Positions 60,435 to 64,000 of a DNA stretch of 64,000 nt are shown here, one piece after another. The notes beneath the pieces are model-generated. The model had not been told where the DNA came from, made no database searches, and saw only the letters and a list, made by a program, of their open reading frames with translations. Position numbers and translations under genes: made by a program. Location of the stretch: the NCBI GenBank assembly GCA_030037215.1, contig JASHRS010000185.1:3947-67946 (forward strand). The letters run 5' to 3'. Numbering within the stretch: the first letter of the stretch is position 1; each line of letters begins with the position of its first letter. The stretch comes from Silvibacterium sp. (GTDB lineage: Bacteria; Acidobacteriota; Terriglobia; Terriglobales; Acidobacteriaceae).

Positions 60435-61213
60435 GCACAATGGCCCAGCCGCGCAAATGGGAGTATGTGTTCTGGCCGCTTTTTGCCACGGCGATCTTTA
60501 TCGCCTTCTGGCACTACACCGTCGTATGGACGGCCACCAAAATCTTCCCCTCGCCGCTTGAGGTCGAGCGCGGCTTCGCTGAATTGACTCACAAAGGCGT
60601 CCTCTATCACGACATTGTCGACTCGCTGCGCCGCGTTGCCGTCGGATACCTGGCCGCCGTGGCCATTGGGATTCCGCTCGGCCTGATGCTGGGCTGGTAT
60701 CCCACCGTCAACCAGATCGTGAACCCTGTGGTGCAGATCCTTCGACCTATCAGCCCCATCGCCTGGATTCCGCTTGCCATCATCTTCTTCGGCGTCGGTG
60801 ACTATGCGGCGATCTTTCTCGTGTTTCTCGGTGCGTTCTTCCCCATCGTCGTCACCTGCGTCGCCGCTGTTTCGAATGTCCCCCTTATCTACCGCCGCGC
60901 CGGGCGGAACTTCGGTCTTACGCCTGCCCGGATTCTCTCCCGCGTGGTCTTTCCCGCCGCGCTCCCGCAGATTCTCGTCAGCCTCAGAGTTGCACTTGGC
61001 ATCGGATGGCTGGTGGTCGTCGCCGGCGAAATGATCGCAGTAACTTCGGGCCTCGGATTTCTTATCATCGACTCGCGCAACTCAGGCAAGCGCTATGACC
61101 TTGTCGTGGGAGCGATGATCCTGATCGGCGTGATTGGCTTGGTTCTCGACACGCTCTTCCGCCAGATAGAAAAAATCAAGCCTGTGCGCTGGGGGTTCCG
61201 CGATGAGTCTTAA
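60431..61213 (+). CDS. ABC permease (NitT/TauT family) 2
   Basis: LRPISPIAWIP, WLVVVAGEM; paralog of permease 1. Confidence 0.92.
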   Translation: MSTMAQPRKWEYVFWPLFATAIFIAFWHYTVVWTATKIFPSPLEVERGFAELTHKGVLYHDIVDSLRRVAVGYLAAVAIGIPLGLMLGWYPTVNQIVNPVVQILRPISPIAWIPLAIIFFGVGDYAAIFLVFLGAFFPIVVTCVAAVSNVPLIYRRAGRNFGLTPARILSRVVFPAALPQILVSLRVALGIGWLVVVAGEMIAVTSGLGFLIIDSRNSGKRYDLVVGAMILIGVIGLVLDTLFRQIEKIKPVRWGFRDES

Positions 61214-62297
61214 AGACCTCTTCAACCGCAAAAGCCGATGGAGCCTCAAAAGCAAGCTCCTCTGCTTTGCCCTCGGCTGGCTTGTCGTTATAACCGGCCT
61301 GCATAGTTGGCTCAACGTCAACTGGGCAGCAGTGCTCAATGACTATCGTCCGCCGATGGAACGCAAAATCATTGTGGGCTACATTCCAGTGACCTGCCAG
61401 CTCACCTGCCCGGTCACCGACTACATTTCGAAATACTCCGAGAGCGGAGAAATGTATATTCCCCGCATGTTTCAGGGCTTTCCTGAACTCAAGGAAGCAC
61501 TCATCGCCAATAAGATTCAGGCCGCGTTTATCGTCGCCCCGCTGGCTATTGCGCTTGCCGCGCAGGGTGTTCCAGTCAAGGTCGTCTATCTCGGCCACCG
61601 TAATGGCAGCGCCGTCGTCGTGCGCAAAAACGGCCCCATCAAAAACTTCGGCGATCTGCGAGGAAAAACCATCGCCATACCCAGCCGCTTCTCTGATGAG
61701 CGCCTTCTGCTCTTCCGCGCCATGCAGGCATATGGCATGCCACCCGACTCCGTCAAAATGGTCGAGATGGCGCCCCCCGATGTCGCCGGGGCCCTCAACG
61801 CCGGCGCCGTCGACGCCTTCGTCATGGGCGAGCCTTTCCCCTCCCAGGCCGAGATGGACGGATACGGACGCATCCTCTTCTACGCCGACAAGTATTGGCC
61901 GAATTACATGTCGTGCATCCTTGTCGCCCGCACCGATCTCATCGAGAAGCGCCCCGAAGTGGTTCAGGTTCTCGTTGACGGCATCGCGCGGTCCGGCCTG
62001 TGGCTTGATACCAGCGAGCCACACCGTGTGGATGCTGCCGACTTTGTAGGACGCTACTACTACCATCAGCGCCCCGAGTTGCTCCGCTGGGCGCTCACCA
62101 AGCCCATGACGCGCATCCGCTACAACCAGCTCGGGCCGCAGAAAGCCGACTTCGACGAAGTGCGCGACATGATGATCCAAACAGGAATACTGAACAAACA
62201 GATTCCCTTCAGCGCCTATACCGACACGCAATTCGCCGACCACGCTACGATCGAAACCGCATGGAAATATGAGCCGGGAATGGCAACCGCGAAATAG
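61203..62297 (+). CDS. ABC substrate-binding protein (NrtA/SsuA-like fold) with CxxxC motif
   Basis: N-terminal anchor; VGYIPVTCQLTC, DLRGKTIAIP, MAPPDV, GEPF. Confidence 0.88.
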   Translation: MSLKDLFNRKSRWSLKSKLLCFALGWLVVITGLHSWLNVNWAAVLNDYRPPMERKIIVGYIPVTCQLTCPVTDYISKYSESGEMYIPRMFQGFPELKEALIANKIQAAFIVAPLAIALAAQGVPVKVVYLGHRNGSAVVVRKNGPIKNFGDLRGKTIAIPSRFSDERLLLFRAMQAYGMPPDSVKMVEMAPPDVAGALNAGAVDAFVMGEPFPSQAEMDGYGRILFYADKYWPNYMSCILVARTDLIEKRPEVVQVLVDGIARSGLWLDTSEPHRVDAADFVGRYYYHQRPELLRWALTKPMTRIRYNQLGPQKADFDEVRDMMIQTGILNKQIPFSAYTDTQFADHATIETAWKYEPGMATAK

Positions 62298-62324
62298 CGC
62301 CACACGAATTCAGGAGAACCATCG

Positions 62325-62675
62325 ATGATCCGCAGGCAATTCCTCAAACTGGCCACGCTCACCGGCGCAGGCAGCCTCGCATCGGCCGTCGCGTCCGATG
62401 CTTCGTTGGACGCAATCGAAGGAAAGCAACAACCGAACTTGTTCAGCGACAAGAACACGAATAACGTCACCTGGCACGTCCGCGGATTCAGCTGTGTAAC
62501 CTGCGCCATGGGCTTGCAGGTGATGCTGCGCCAGCAAAAGGGTGTGGCCTTTGCCGACGCCAGCTATCCGGATGGCATCGTCACGATCCAGTTTCACCCG
62601 GATGAAGTGGATGAAGCGTCTTTGCGATCGTTCATCTCCAGCATTGGATTCACAGCAGAAGAACAGAAAGGTTGA
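62325..62675 (+). CDS. Tat-exported heavy-metal-associated (HMA) domain protein
   Basis: IRRQFLK twin-arginine motif; VRGFSCVTCA; C-terminal IGF. Confidence 0.82.
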   Translation: MIRRQFLKLATLTGAGSLASAVASDASLDAIEGKQQPNLFSDKNTNNVTWHVRGFSCVTCAMGLQVMLRQQKGVAFADASYPDGIVTIQFHPDEVDEASLRSFISSIGFTAEEQKG

Positions 62676-62680
62676 TTTTC

Positions 62681-63436
62681 ATGGAGAACAATTACGCGAA
62701 GCTGGCCGAAACACTCGCCGCAAGCCTTCATCTCAGCCAGCCGCCCGTGGCCGTCTGCTTCACAGATGCAGTCCCGGCATCCATCCCTGCGCACAGCGGC
62801 CGCGCGCCCGCCGGATGCCGCTTCTGGGAAGACGCTGCCGCCGGGGTCTTCGCTACTTCGTCCGCAGATCACGCGTTGTGCGCCATCGGCGTCTACACGC
62901 ACAACCTCGAACCCACTCCGGCGCAACAGACTGACCTGATGGACGCACTCAAGGTCCTCGGCGAGCTCGGCTACGTGACGGAGCGCGATTTGCCGTTGAT
63001 CCCTGTGCTCAAATCGCGGCGCGCGCACGTTGTTTACGCGCCTCTGGCGCAGAGCCCGTTGCCCGCCGATGTGGTTTTGCTTTTTGTGGACGCGGGGCAG
63101 ACGCTCATTCTGAGCGAGGCCACACAGCAGGTGGAAAATCAGAACGCTCCCGCAATGGGACGTCCGGCCTGCGCCGTTGTTCCGCAGGTGATGAACACGG
63201 GACGCGCTGCGCTCAGCCTCGGCTGCTGCGGAGCACGAGCCTATCTCGATGTGCTGAAGGACGACGTCGCGCTCTTTGCCATCCCCGGCGCCAAGCTCGC
63301 CGCTTACACGGAGCGCATTGCGGCGCTCGCGCAGGCGAACATGGTGCTGGCAAAGTTCCACCACCTGCGCCGCCAGGATGTTGAAGCAGGGAACGCGCCT
63401 ACGGTCAAGGAATCGCTGGCGGCAATGGGCGCGTGA
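62681..63436 (+). CDS. DUF169 family Cys-rich protein
   Basis: PPVAV, GCRFW, LCAIG, RPACA, SLGCCGAR. Confidence 0.8.
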   Translation: MENNYAKLAETLAASLHLSQPPVAVCFTDAVPASIPAHSGRAPAGCRFWEDAAAGVFATSSADHALCAIGVYTHNLEPTPAQQTDLMDALKVLGELGYVTERDLPLIPVLKSRRAHVVYAPLAQSPLPADVVLLFVDAGQTLILSEATQQVENQNAPAMGRPACAVVPQVMNTGRAALSLGCCGARAYLDVLKDDVALFAIPGAKLAAYTERIAALAQANMVLAKFHHLRRQDVEAGNAPTVKESLAAMGA

Positions 63437-63553
63437 AGCACTGCTGAGCATAGCTCGTGCATGCTTGCATCCACCGTCCGGCGCGACACGGACCGGGCTC
63501 CGCTGCGATACTACTGAGGGATGGCTTCCACCATTGTCGAACCCGGGGATCGC

Positions 63554-64000
63554 ATGGCATCCTCGTCCGCTAAAGCAGCCGAACTGAAGCACGGGCAAAG
63601 CGCCACAACACTATACTCGCCGGAATTTGAACTGCTCCTCTGCTGCGCGCGGTCCGTGCCAGATGCCGCGCGCATCGAGACACTGATAAGCCACGGCATC
63701 GACTGGCAAACGTTTCTCCATCTGTCCACCGAGCACAATGTGCGCCCTCTGGTCTGGCAGGCCCTGCACTCAACCTGCTGGGGCCGTGTGCCCGAAGACA
63801 TTCGCGTTGCGTGCGATGAGGCATACCGCTCCTTCATCGGTAGAAACCTCCTTCTTACCAGCGAGCTGCTTCGCATAACAGCAGAATTTCACGCGGCTGG
63901 GCTTTGCGTCGCAGTAATGAAGGGCGCGGTAATCGCGCAAATAGCTTATGGGGACTTTGCCCTGCGCGAGTTCGGGGACTTCGACCTGCTGATCCAGCCA
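63554..64000 (+). CDS. NTP_transf_5-like nucleotidyltransferase, 3'-truncated by window edge
   Basis: Frame open from ATG 63554 to the end; IDWQTF...HNV, MKGAVIAQIAYGDFALREFGDFDLLI. Confidence 0.8.
   Translation, partial: MASSSAKAAELKHGQSATTLYSPEFELLLCCARSVPDAARIETLISHGIDWQTFLHLSTEHNVRPLVWQALHSTCWGRVPEDIRVACDEAYRSFIGRNLLLTSELLRITAEFHAAGLCVAVMKGAVIAQIAYGDFALREFGDFDLLIQP

Noticed and set aside
61176-62303. Long antisense ORFs (also 57698-58759, 2624-3427, 25441-26412, 39040-39930)
   Set aside because: Each mirrors a well-supported gene on the opposite strand

Overview
64 kb of GC-rich bacterial chromosome. Gene content and protein styles suggest Acidobacteriota (Terriglobia); this is inferred, not searched. 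It is mostly core/housekeeping: cysS-dnaG-rpoD, tal, ppx/sixA, an acyl-CoA carboxylase beta subunit, dinB-gluQ, hemE-hemH-hemG(Y), AlaX plus tRNA-Ala(CGC), rpoZ-rho and galE, mixed with envelope genes and peptidases. I found no CRISPR array, integrase or transposase. Best candidates for undescribed biology: (1) a left-edge module of GH24 lysozyme, SLATT/DUF4231 2TM protein and a convergent receptor-like TIR-TM protein (possible signalling-triggered lysis/defence unit); (2) a structured leader with a 45-codon uORF before a class III aminotransferase; (3) a Cys-motif ABC importer with a Tat-exported HMA protein and a DUF169 protein; (4) PadR with two tandem paralogous membrane proteins differing mainly in one loop; (5) an unannotated 56-aa Cys-rich membrane protein. 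All family assignments come from motif recognition by eye; no database search was run.
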